This document shows, piece after piece, positions 38,620-49,850 of a DNA stretch of 64,000 nt (the stretch's first letter is position 1; the number at the start of each line of letters is the position of its first letter). The position numbers and the translations under genes are program-made. The stretch is from Hyphochytrium catenoides. Taxonomy: Eukaryota; Protista; Hyphochytriomycota. Below the pieces are notes generated by a model, which was given only the letters and a program-made list of their open reading frames with translations, had not been told where the DNA came from and did not search any database. Location: positions 7,928 to 71,927 of the forward strand of contig FLMG01002043.1 of the NCBI GenBank assembly GCA_900088475.1, given 5' to 3'.

Positions 38620-41300
38620 TCTACCCTGTCCATGCAACGTAACAGCACGAGGCTTCGTCCCTATAATGAGGAGGTAAAATCAGAGCCGCTTGCCTGGTTC
38701 AGCCGGTCTCCCACTACTAGTGGATAATAAGGGACAACTAACTGATGCGATTTGTGGTTGGGAACAGCGATGACTGTTGGCTTTTCTGTTTAGGCTCCCT
38801 TGCCCCGTTCCTAGGTGCATGTTCATCAGCAGCACAACGCTCTTACACGGTCCTGTCCGAATAGAAGAGTGGCTTCGGTCGCAGTCTTTCACCAGCTGAA
38901 AGCTCTGGTTCTAGAGACGGGAAAGTGTATCTGAAAGGCCTTATTGAGTTTGCTAACTGCTGTTCTTATTAGAGAGTGGCAAAGTAGGCCCATCCAGCAG
39001 AACAGCAGCGACTATAGGGCAAGACTTCGCGACAGCGCTCTTCTTGACTAGTAATACATCATAGTGATGCAGGCATTCTGAGCTAGGGATGGTGCAACAG
39101 AGCTGCCGTCAATAAGTCTTCTCTACGGTCGGGTAATGACGGCACTCCTTCGAATCCACCATCTCGCTTTCTCTTCAACCCTTCGTTATTGATGATAAGA
39201 TCCCAACACGCCTCTTTAAGGGAAGCTCCTCAAACAATACTATCCAAGGTCTTCAAGAAGAGGGCAGGTGTTATCCTCAAGAATGCTGACAGGCTGATAA
39301 TAGGTGTATCTCTTGCCTCAGGCAGAGCTTCCTTGGGAGCATCAGGAAGAACTCTGCTTCTTCAAAGTTCTAAAAGGATCAACTTTTGGATTCAGCTTGA
39401 TTCATCTTGTCCAACTCTTAAATAAGCGTGGGAGGAGGAGCTACCTACGATAACAAAGCCTCCATAGTAGAAACAAAAACTTCGTGTTGCGAGCAAAGAC
39501 GTTCTGTGCGTGTCAAGGCATAGCATTCCTTCTTGATTCATTGAGTCTAATTCCAGTGTTGCGCCTTGTCCTACCTCAACAAAGCAAAGCTCTCCGTCAT
39601 TAACGAAAGACTATCGAAACTCCATGACCGACGCAGATGCTTAACCTGCGGCAGTGGGCCGGATAAGCTTCAACAGCCTCGAGCTGCGGAGGAAGCAGCC
39701 GTAAAAAGAACAACAGAGGTCTGCCTCCAACAATGATCATGACTAATATAACGTTTCTGCATCAGTCAGAAGCTTCGTGCTGCCATTCGGTGCTGTTTCC
39801 TGCATCTTAGTACTAGAGGAAGCTCCGGTATAGGTGACTTCTTTTCATCAAGCTTGATTCCTGCAGTCCACAGGGAACTCCATCATCATAATAAACCTTG
39901 ACCCACTGAGTCAGTGTTATGATGATCAAGCAAAACCTGATTCAATCCCTCTGCACAACACCTCGATACCGCCACAGGCCATGTGGGAAAGGGTGTCAGA
40001 GACTCAGAAGATCTCTGGATGATGAAAAGTTATTACCTCTAGTAGCGATAAACTTCTAGATCCTCATATTCAAAGGAGCAGCGGCACGCTTCAAGGCAGC
40101 ACCCAGGCTAAGTTCTATTATCCTCTTGCGTCATGATCACAACTTGCGCCTAACTGGGCCTTTATCAGCTGGGGGATCTGTCTTCAACAACAGCAGTGGT
40201 GCTACAGAGTAGTCTCCGTGGCTCTGTATTGTCAAGAGATTGCGTCAGCCCATGGGATGCTCTTTCTTAGCGCCAGAAAGGAATGGTCGACGGTATATGG
40301 AGCTGGATTTCTTTAGGTCCAACTCTTATTACTCCTCTTGTCGTTCGATAAGGAAAAAACCTCGCGCGTAGGGCGCTTGCTTTATCTCTTGATTCATTGA
40401 GTCCAATTCGTGACATCAGAGACAACCAACAACTGCGACCAATAATCACCCGGACTGAGGAGCGCCTGGATCCTGCCTTTACTACCCAGGAGAAAGCAAC
40501 AAGAGTAGAAGAGAACCTTCTTGAAGGAGGAGCGGCATTTCCTGTCTGATCAACGTGGGCCTAAGGGGTTTTATTCAGTTGGTCATCCCGCCTTCTCTTC
40601 CGTCGCGCTTCCGGACTTCTATCCCTGCACTCCTCTTGACAAGCAACGACGAAGCCTCAAAAAGTGGCTACTTCAACTTCAAGAGATGACGGCATTCTAG
40701 CTGAGAGTGGCTGTCTACCCTTGCTCATCTCTCATTTTGGATCGAAGGCTGTGATGACTGATGAGGAGTGGACAGATCGAAGACCAACATCTGGCCACGC
40801 GCCAGCTCACTTGTAGACTATCCACTGCATAGGACGCCATCACTCATCCAACTAAGGGTGGTAGGGCTGGTAAAGGCTTCAATCGAGAGGAATCAAGCCC
40901 ACGTCAATGTAACTTGGAAGAGTGAGTTCAGTCAAGGAAGGCGGTGCAGGGAGGCGGAGGAGCTAAGAGCTGGCGGCTGGCGAAGAGGGTTGGCGGTGAC
41001 TGGTGGCACAGCTCCGAGGTCCGATACCTTGGACACCTCAATGGACAGCCTTGGACAGAGTTGGACAGCAAAGCACTGGAACCAAGGGAAACGGATGTCG
41101 TTCCACTTCTTCCCAGTCCAAACTCCACAACGTTGTTCGACTGTACACGACCAGTCTACAACGACGAACTCCAGTTAGACCATCTGCGGGCATAAAAGAA
41201 AGGCAAAGAAGGAAGAAGAAGAAGAAGAACTGAAGGAAGAGGGTGGGCCATTGATGGCCATCATCACATAACAGAAGATGATGAGCGTTTTCAAGGCTGT
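38620..41300 (+). mobile_element. Heavily decayed L1/Tx1-like LINE ORF2 (APE endonuclease + RT); ORF1 remnants may lie at ~36700-38600
   Basis: Frameshifted motifs occur at L1-like spacing: AT/TARGF (~38635), YIIV (~39055), KRINF (~39375), LLSFD...RLLYLLIH*VQFV (~40330-40410), RDIRDN, QEKATRVE (40487-40510), GVLFSW, EVRYLGH (41016-41036), KEEGG (~41235). Confidence 0.6.
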
Positions 41301-42105
41301 AGGACTGTCGTAGAAGCAGCGCTCGAGCTTCTGCTGTTCGCCTCGATTTACAGTGGCTGCTGCTGCTGATTGAGCGACTGCCATTCTCACCATCAGGCAT
41401 CAGCGCAGCTTGAACATAGCAGTGAGCGGGTAGAATCCTGCCTCTGGACTGCGCGACCAGCGGTCATCTGGATTTATTAAAGAGAGTTTGGGCATCCGAG
41501 GGTACGAATACTATGGAAGTACCTTGGACTAGATGGCGGCACGAAGACCTAAGTTGCGTGCCTCTGATCTTGATGTGGCATGTCTAAGAAGCTTGATGCC
41601 TGGGATGCAGAAGAGCAAGTGATGAGTGCAGCTTAATGATTGTCTACTCTTTGCTCGTCCTCCATTCATGCTTGGGAAGTTGTCGTCATTGGAGATATCA
41701 TGCTGGGGGGAATATCTCCATTCTGTTCTGGCTATCTGTCCGTCCTGATCATGATCAGGAAGCGCCAATACTCTTTTGCCCGTCACACCGATAGAGTGAC
41801 AGCAGCGATAGCTTGAGTTAATCAATCATTGGAAACCTCAATGTTCAATCATCGCAGAGATATAGAACGTCAAAGGTCGATAGTATCCATTTATCCTGTA
41901 TGTCCTCCAGCAGCGGCTGTTGTCAGCTCTCTTCACTTCTCGTCCTCTTGACTCCCAACTCTCATCTCTCCCATTAATCTGCTTCCCCAAGGCCGGCCTC
42001 CGAAGACCGAGACACTCATCTCAATCATTTCTCAATTTACTCTCGTCAGAATAACCAGCGCCCAAGCTTCTGGTCGGGAAACCGGGTAATCTGCGGAAAG
42101 GAAAC

Positions 42106-43269
42106 ATGGGTCTGGGTTTATTGCTCAGTGTTCTCCTGCTTCAATATGCAACGACCGCAGTTCTACTCTACATTCCTTTGACGGAGGCTTCTCCGACTCC
42201 CCTCGGTTCGCAGCCCCTGCCGGGATGGTTACCGTCTCGCCCCCCTGGCAAAAACATGATCATCCACAATAATTGCCCCTTCAACATCTGGCCAGCTTAT
42301 GTCGGGACTGATGAGAGAACGGGAACTCCGGTCTGGGGGCGCGCAGATTCCGCAAATCCCGCGGGAAACACCATTCCAATGCCTTCCGGAGCTTACAAGG
42401 TAGTCCCCGTTTACAATGGCGCGGTCGCTGTGCGCGTGTGGGCACGAACGGGGTGCAAGAGAGAGTCCGACGGACGGTTTGTTTGCGCCATCGGTGACTG
42501 CGGGAATGCAGAGAATAATTTTGATGGTAGCTGCTATAGAAGTTCTGGGAAGGGTGCCATTTCTCTCGCGGAGTTCTCGTTTACAGCTAACAATGGGAAC
42601 ACATTCTACGACTTGAGCTTGGTCGATGGATATACCGTTCCTATCTCCATCACGCTAGTAGGAACTGCCATTGACACTCCTGGTAGTGCGCCAGACTTCA
42701 GCTGCGGAAATCCATTTTGCCGACCAGACCAGTCATTCAGTCAGTGTCCACCAGAGCTAAAGAAGAGAGACGCTACCGGAAAGGTTATTGGCTGCTTTAA
42801 TATCCACGCCGCTGCAGCTGATGAGGAATTGAGAGCTGGCGCTACTTATGGCGCCTATCTGACCAAAATATGGACCGACGCCGAGCTGTGGTCCAGAACC
42901 GCCTGCGACGCCCTTACCGGAGACTGCGGCGGCAACAACGTCCAGGAGACTCTTTATAGCGGAAACCACATCAAGCGCGGAACATACCTTGCACGTGAAG
43001 GAGGGAACCGGACGGGATATGCGTGCTCGCCATTCATCGACTGGATGGCACCTTATAAGGACGAGTTCGATCCTTTCATCTGCTATGATGAGCGTAAGCC
43101 TAAGCCCCTGAATGGCTTCGGCAGAGATTGGGGGATCGGCGCGTCGCCTTCGTATGCTCAGCTCTTCAAAAAAATCTGTCCGCTGGCTTACAGCTGGCAG
43201 TTTAACGACGGCGAAAGCACCTTCCAGTGTATGGGCGATGATCTGAGTTACATCATTGACTTCTGCTAA
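42106..43269 (+). CDS. Secreted thaumatin-like protein (PR-5 family)
   Basis: Intronless 387-aa ORF with a signal peptide, HNNCPFNIWPA, RVWARTGC, CAIGDCG, SLAEF, FYDLSLVDGYTVP, CPPELK, FKKICPLAYSW, and C-terminal YIIDFC. Confidence 0.93.
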   Translation: MGLGLLLSVLLLQYATTAVLLYIPLTEASPTPLGSQPLPGWLPSRPPGKNMIIHNNCPFNIWPAYVGTDERTGTPVWGRADSANPAGNTIPMPSGAYKVVPVYNGAVAVRVWARTGCKRESDGRFVCAIGDCGNAENNFDGSCYRSSGKGAISLAEFSFTANNGNTFYDLSLVDGYTVPISITLVGTAIDTPGSAPDFSCGNPFCRPDQSFSQCPPELKKRDATGKVIGCFNIHAAAADEELRAGATYGAYLTKIWTDAELWSRTACDALTGDCGGNNVQETLYSGNHIKRGTYLAREGGNRTGYACSPFIDWMAPYKDEFDPFICYDERKPKPLNGFGRDWGIGASPSYAQLFKKICPLAYSWQFNDGESTFQCMGDDLSYIIDFC

Positions 43270-45589
43270 CAATAACACTGTTCTTAGCGGCGCATATAAG
43301 AGTGCCGCTTCGCCTGGCACAAGGAACGTAAGGCTTCTTCACACGATTGGCTGGAGGAACATCTTGGTACAGCGATTCTTGCTGTTCGGCTCCTTCTCTC
43401 CATTAGCCGCCAAATCGACTCTTCTTCTCGGACGGCAGCTATGCCAAGTTCTTTGTTAGTTTAAGTCATGAGACATTCTCTCGTTTTCTGTTCTAAAAAA
43501 AGTTATTGTTAGAGCACTGCTAGTCTCTATATTGTCATTCTTGGTACTAGTGCTAAGATGAGAGATGGGAAGAAGAGGGGAGAAGATAGAACAACCAGAG
43601 ACGGAGATGGGAAGCGGAGATGATGACCAACAACAAGAAGGGTACAGACAAGAACAAAATATAAGCCTTTGGGTGGTCTTTTTCTGCTCCTCCTGTTCTA
43701 TCTTCATCAGAAAAAGTGGAAGGTGTTTTGCTCAGTGGTCATATCAGAAAAGAGAGAAGGAGAAGAAGCACGACTTCCGCCTTCCAAGAGAGAAAAAGCA
43801 AGCTGGGTTGGAGGACTAGATCGCCTCAGGTTAAGATGTGATTAGATGGCAGAGTTGGTTGGAAGCTCTTCTTCGTTGTGGTGCAAATAGCAGAATAAGA
43901 TTAATGAAATTTATGAGCTCAAGGAGAGCTCAATGAACTAATGATCCCTACGTTCTATAAAGCCTATGTATGCAAAGCTATGAGAATGACATGCAAGAGA
44001 GAAAGCAGAGAAGAGGAACACTCTTAGCAACGGGAGAGTAGAGAGTGTTTGGACATAATTGAATGGTCACCAAGGGATCCATCGTCTCAGACAAGAGAAT
44101 CGGCAATAAATTGGTGGCCAGAAGGAAGGGAAGAAGTGAAGTCGGAAAGAGAAAAATGTTCAAGAAGCAAGAACAAATATCTAGAGAAATCATAAGAAAG
44201 AAAGTAGGACAAGGAGTCAAGAAGAAGAATATTCCTTGCTATAGAGACCCCAGAAGAAAAGGGTTCTCAGCAAGATGCACATTCTCCTCTTGCTTTATAC
44301 TTCTGCTGGATCTCTCACTGTAACAACTCTTCTGCTGAGGAAACTTTTGTTACATCTGTGAAGGTGTGATGAGAGGAGTTATGAAGAGTCTACTCCGCAT
44401 TCTTCTCATCATCATTCAGCCGGCACTGATCGAGGCCTATAGGACCAATGGCCAGATGGCTCCGAGGCCCACAGGATTGTTATACCGACCCCCATCGCCA
44501 GTGTTTATTTCGCTGAGCACTTGTTTCCATTGCAAAGGCGTGCGAAGAACATTGAATACTAGTTGAGACCTAAGCAGAATCAACAGCAACTCTCAAGGAG
44601 AAAAGGGAACAGAAAGAACTCGAGAACTATAAGAGGTGTACCGTCTTTCAGTTGCGACTCCACAACCGCTGACCGTCCAGACCATTGTGGGAGGAAGTGA
44701 TGTCTTTCTTTTCTCTTCTTTCCAGGAGCTATGACAGACTTTCTATTGAGCTGCTGAGAAGAAGAAGACAGATTTGGAGAGAAGTTTTGCGGTCGGTGGG
44801 GAGTCGCAGATCACAATAACCAGAGGTTTAGAAAAAAAGTCTTTCCCTCCGTCCCTCTCTTCCCGTCTTTATGTTCTTTGTTTTTCCTTTCCATCTTCTC
44901 GCGGACAGATCTCACCAAGGTCTTTCTTCTGCATCCGCTCACTTTCTTTATGATGAGGAGGCGGAGCTGCTGTCTAGTTATTCTCATGTTGCATTCGGCA
45001 GCTCTTGCCACTCTGCAGCACCCTCTCACTTTCCTTCATCCCTTGCCTTCTCTGCTTGTCCGTTGTTTCTTCATCACGCCTCTGACTCCTACACGCTCTA
45101 TTATAATCTTTGTAGTAGCTCTTCCCTACTAGCGAGTATTTGGTTCCCGAGGAGAGGCTAACATCAAATAGATGACCTCTCCCTTTCCCTTTGTTGGATC
45201 TTATTCCGTCTAAGTGCAAGCGATACAGCGTCGCCATGATGAGATTGACAAGGGCGTTAAACACTAGCCAAAGAGGCAGAGTAATAGAAAATCCGTTGCT
45301 CAGCTTTCTCAGGGGGCTGAGAATCATGAGAAACGTGGATAGGAGAATATTACCAAAGAGGTGACATGAAAATGTAAGGCCGAAGAAAAGGAGGAAGATG
45401 AAGCAGAGATCCGGAGGAAAGGAGAGATGAGCCGAGAAGTTAAGGAGCCTTCACACGACGAAGAGGTCTAGGAGAGGCACAGCAACAGGAATAAGAAGAA
45501 GTGCAGAAGATGACATGAAGATTGGCAGGAGGAAGAAAGAAAGAACAAGAAGCGATAGAAAGGTACTGGAGGCTGTATAACAATGGCAG

Positions 45590-46870
45590 CTCGCTCGAAT
45601 AATGGGCTGAGAAACGATGGACGACAACGACAAGTTCTTCTTCTAAGGTTGACTTCAGTAACGCTTTCCACTCTGTGATGGTTCTGTCTTCCCAACTTAT
45701 TCCTGGAGCAGTCAACGAGCGCGCTGGATAATGTTAGCAGTTTTTGGCTATGAGGCTGACATTATCTGTGAAACATCAAGCATTAGAGAGGGTGGTCCGC
45801 TCGGTTTCTTCTCTTCGCCTCAGCAATAAACTTTGTCGTTCTTATGGTGCGGCACACCATATCTGAGTGCCTTCTTGAAGGCGCTGAAATCCTGATGAGG
45901 GTACCATCCTTGGCTCTCTTATCATGTCCGTGCATTATGGATAATAGCTAAGGATCCTGGAGGAGCTGTTGAGGGCTGTGAAGCTTCGATAGAGCTCTGC
46001 GATCTTCGACGACGGTCTAACATATTGAATAATCCAACCACGACATTGGCGACATATCGTTGCCAGCATAATGAGCTTACTATGCTATCTCGCGAGGAGA
46101 AGCTCTGATTGAAGGAACCGTCGCATAACCTACGTAGCAGGAGTGATTCCTTGCTGCTGGTCCTATTTCGTCTGCCATTCAAAGAGCAGCCGGTGATAAT
46201 AGGCTACAAGTGTGAGCTGCGGGGTGTCGAACAACTTTTGGCCGTTGTCCCCGATTCCAAGGATAGCACACAGAGGATGAGGCATGAGTGTTCGGTACTT
46301 TCAATCTCTGTGGGGACAGGGGAGTCATCTCGTAGAGAGCTGCTGTTCTTGAGGAGGGGAAAGTAGACCGTACTAACGTGAGCTCGTTTGATTGAACACT
46401 GGACCTGTATGAATGTGCCCTGCTTCCGTCCGTCAGGAAGGTGGTTCTACACCCGACGGTCATCGCTTCAGGTAGACATCATCGCCCAAGAGAAACTCTC
46501 CTCCTATAATCAGGACTGCTGTCGGGTTTGTGATGCAAGAATGACTCTATCATAGCCGAAAGATGTGCGCGCCAGTTGCAAGGAATCAGCAGGACTTCCC
46601 GCGACGTCCGCGAGTCCTATGTCAGATTGCGTGAAGCAGGCAAGTGTTTGGCCTACTGGATGACAGTCTGTCAGTACACAAGAGCAAGAGCATCAGCCGA
46701 ACCCTCGAGAAAACAGAAACTAGACTACGACTCTTCTGAAGTCGAGGATTGAGAGAGCCCGCTCTCAGATAAAGCGGAGGCAGGGGCCGCGATCTTCCCC
46801 AATCAATAGCATCCATGCCTGTGGAGCAAGTGGCACCATCGCCGAAAGTCTTCTGATGCACTCGCCTTCA
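45590..46870 (+). mobile_element. Decayed, internally deleted non-LTR retrotransposon, probably RLE-bearing (CRE/R2/NeSL-like)
   Basis: Frameshifted motifs in order: KVDFSNAFHSV (45645-45677), IREGGPLG, ARLIEHW...VP, CCRVC...C zinc finger (~46517-46580), RDVRESYVRLREAG, RKQKLDY, MPVE/ASGTIAESLL. Confidence 0.5.
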
Positions 46871-47407
46871 CCATATTTATCAATCGAGTAGCTAAAGAAG
46901 AAGTGCTAGACTTAGAGACCTATATCAAAAGCACAGATGGTAACAACTTCCATGACTTTCATTGATGATCATAGACCGGCATCCAGGAAGCTCTAGACAC
47001 CCAACAAGCAACGAAAGAGATTCATGAAGATCACTGTCTAGACCGAAGTGGCAGGGTCGGAGATAGAGTGTATCAGCACCCGTTCAGGGGGTGGTCACAG
47101 CTAGCGAAGAACAAGAAGAACGGCGAAGAAAGAACAGTTAACATGCTTTATAGAAGATGGCTAATTACTTTTCTTATAAGCGTTCATACTAGCAGCAACA
47201 ACATTTTATAAGAGATCGCTGTACATCAAGCAGCAGCAGGAAGAAGAGGAGACTGAGTTGAAGCAAGAAAGACTACATAGAATCGAAGCCGGACTGCTGC
47301 ATTTTATGGCTACCTGCATCGTGTTGGTTGTTGAGCATGATTACATTCTCCTTACTGCTTTTTATGATGAGAAGCCCGCTAGGTGGTGACCACACCTCGA
47401 TTAAACC

Positions 47408-49850
47408 TCATCGCCCCCACGAGAGCAGAGCAAACGGGGTCCGATCATACGCACCATCCGTGGAGAAGACGAAAGAACCCTCAATGTGGAGGGATCCCTC
47501 TACGCCTCCAGACGATTCCTCAAACGACTCATCCATATAGACCTCCGCTTTGCTTCCAGTCGCCTCCAGGCCTTCATCATCTGCTCCACTTTTCTTCTTC
47601 TCCGCAATCTTTAATGCACTGCGTAGCGTTTGAAAGCCTTGCACAAGGCGCTTTTGCAGAGCCTTCCACTTCAGTTTTTCATCTTCTTTAATGAGGACAA
47701 GGCCGAACCCGATCTTCAGTGTAATGGACCGGTGAGGATCCTTCTCTTTTGAAGACCGAAAGCTATGGACAACGGTTTTCTTCGCCATCTGAAGACAGAA
47801 CTCCTCTATTAGCTTGAAGATGTTTCCATGTTGGCCCATCACCTCCCAGTCATGCAAGCTCAGAACTAGTTCACATCTGAGAGCCTGGGACTTCACGATG
47901 AAATCTGCAAGCCCCTTTCCAGTGACTTGGCTCGTAGAATAGAAGTAAGCGAGTTCTAGATGAGCCATCTTCGCCAGCTCGGACAACCCTTTGTCGCCAA
48001 AGTAGTGGAGCCTAACTGGCTCCTGACCGTGATCCGGCTCCATCATGTATAGGAAGCGAAACTTCGGGCAGTGCTTGCGAATGAGCTTCACTGTCTTGTC
48101 CGTTACAAAGTCTGTTCTCAGGAAGAGATCAAGAGGCAGTGGCAGTGCCGTCATCAGGAAGGGAATAAGGAAGAAGAGCTAGCTATATTGGAGGAGGGGA
48201 TCGAGCGGAGGTATGATGGCAGAACGATAGTAAAATATAGCGCAATGGAGAAGACTTACCCCCAAATATTTCCCCTTGGACGACAAACTCCTCTAAAGCC
48301 GGGCACGACGAAAGAAAGGCACCAAGATGTTCCACATTGTCAAGCACTCCTTCATACAGTTCATCATAGTTACAGGCAGGAAGCGCCTCTGTGTCTTCGC
48401 TGATCCGGAGACTTCTAAGCTTAGGTTTCGATACTTTAGCCAGGATTCCGAGCAGCTCCGGGTCCTCCATGAGCTCGTCCGAGTCAAACTCCCAGGTGCG
48501 AAGATTCTGGCACCGCCGAAAGAAGGTCAACATAGTGTCATCTGAAGCAGTGTTGTCCATCTTGCGATAACAAAATTCATCAATGTCGTCGACTCCGCGG
48601 CCACCGAAGCACTCAAGATCTGGAGCGTATGTATAGAGCGCTCTATAGAAGTCGTCGTCTGCCGGTAGTCCGTCTCCGCCAGGACTCACGAGCTCTCCAG
48701 ACATGTCAAGCCTTCGGATGCCCCCGTTATGGTGATGCCACCGCTTTAATGCGAGTTGGAAGATCTCTGGCGTGGGTCCATATACTGAGGCAACAAGCGC
48801 GTTGTCGTCTTCGTGGTCATCATGCGGCGCTTCCCCTGCTGCTGCAGCATGGCCAACCTTACCTACTTCGGGGCCGCTGCTTGTTGAGCTAGATAGCTCG
48901 CGGTAAGAGAAGGTATGAGGTCCTTGCTGCGGATGGCCCCGCACCCATGGTTGCAGGCAGTTTAAGTTCAGAGCCTCTAGGTGCGGCAAGAGCCTGGAGG
49001 CGGACTCCAGGATAAGGTTGTACCCGAACTCAGGCGCTTTATTTTGAAGCTGGTAGGTGCGGTTGAGGTCTGTCTCAAGAGTAAGACTTCTTAGGCCTGA
49101 AAGCGCGCCAAAGAGTTCATCCCACAATCGGAGAGCCTGAGGCGAGACCTCAAGAAGATCGCTCTTCTCTGCAGCAGGCACAGATCCCGTAGAGTCACCC
49201 TCATGAGGAAAAAGATCGCCGTAGTACTTTGGACAGTTAATGTACACTTTCAGATGAGTAATAGCGGGGTTGGCTCTGTTCTTCTCGAGAACTCGCGCTA
49301 CCTCCATTCTGAGAAGGTCGAGGCGGTACTGTCTGTTGTCGATAGACTTATTATCCACAGAGATAACCATCGACTCAGCGGGACGGCTATCCTCTGCCAC
49401 AGCGTGTTGAATCGCAGGAATCAAAGCTTCTCGAAACTCCGGAGAGACACCTGATAGCTCCTCTAGGTTGCGGAGCTTGAAACTTTTCCACCATTTCTTC
49501 TCTTTAATTTGAGAACTCGATTGGTAGTCCATAAGGAACAATCTGGGCGGTAAGATCTCACCTTCGTCTTGAAGCCAGAAGTCTTCCACACGACAGCTTT
49601 CTGCGGCCTCCACAAGCACTTTCCGCAAGAGGTCCACAGGCAGAGCGGTTAGAGATGCTTGCTCCTTGATAATTTTTGAGAGCGCGGTCTCATCGACACC
49701 CGTCGATCGTCCCTCATCTTCATTGCTTCTGCCACCGCGGTGTCCATTAGAAGCTCCTGTCGCCCCGCCTGCGGCGACAGGATAACTATTCCTTCTGGTG
49801 CTGTTCTTCACTACGGCATCACTTGCTGTGGAAGAACTGCAAGCGCCCAT
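47408..49850 (-). CDS. F-box/LRR (RNI-like) protein with predicted N-myristoylation/palmitoylation; two exons
   Basis: Starts MGACSS and has F-box-like LTALPVDLLRKVL and LRR-like units (LPHLEALNL, RRCQNLRTW, SSCPALEEF, KHCPKFRFL). A phase-1 GTAAGT...AACAG intron at 48112-48259 joins the two ORFs as QGEIFG-D-FVTDKTV. Confidence 0.75.

Noticed and set aside
39125-39170. TTCGAATCC T-loop-like motif (tRNA/SINE)
   Set aside because: No cloverleaf stems or A-box could be formed.
42757-43320. 187-aa - strand ORF
   Set aside because: Antisense to the thaumatin CDS.
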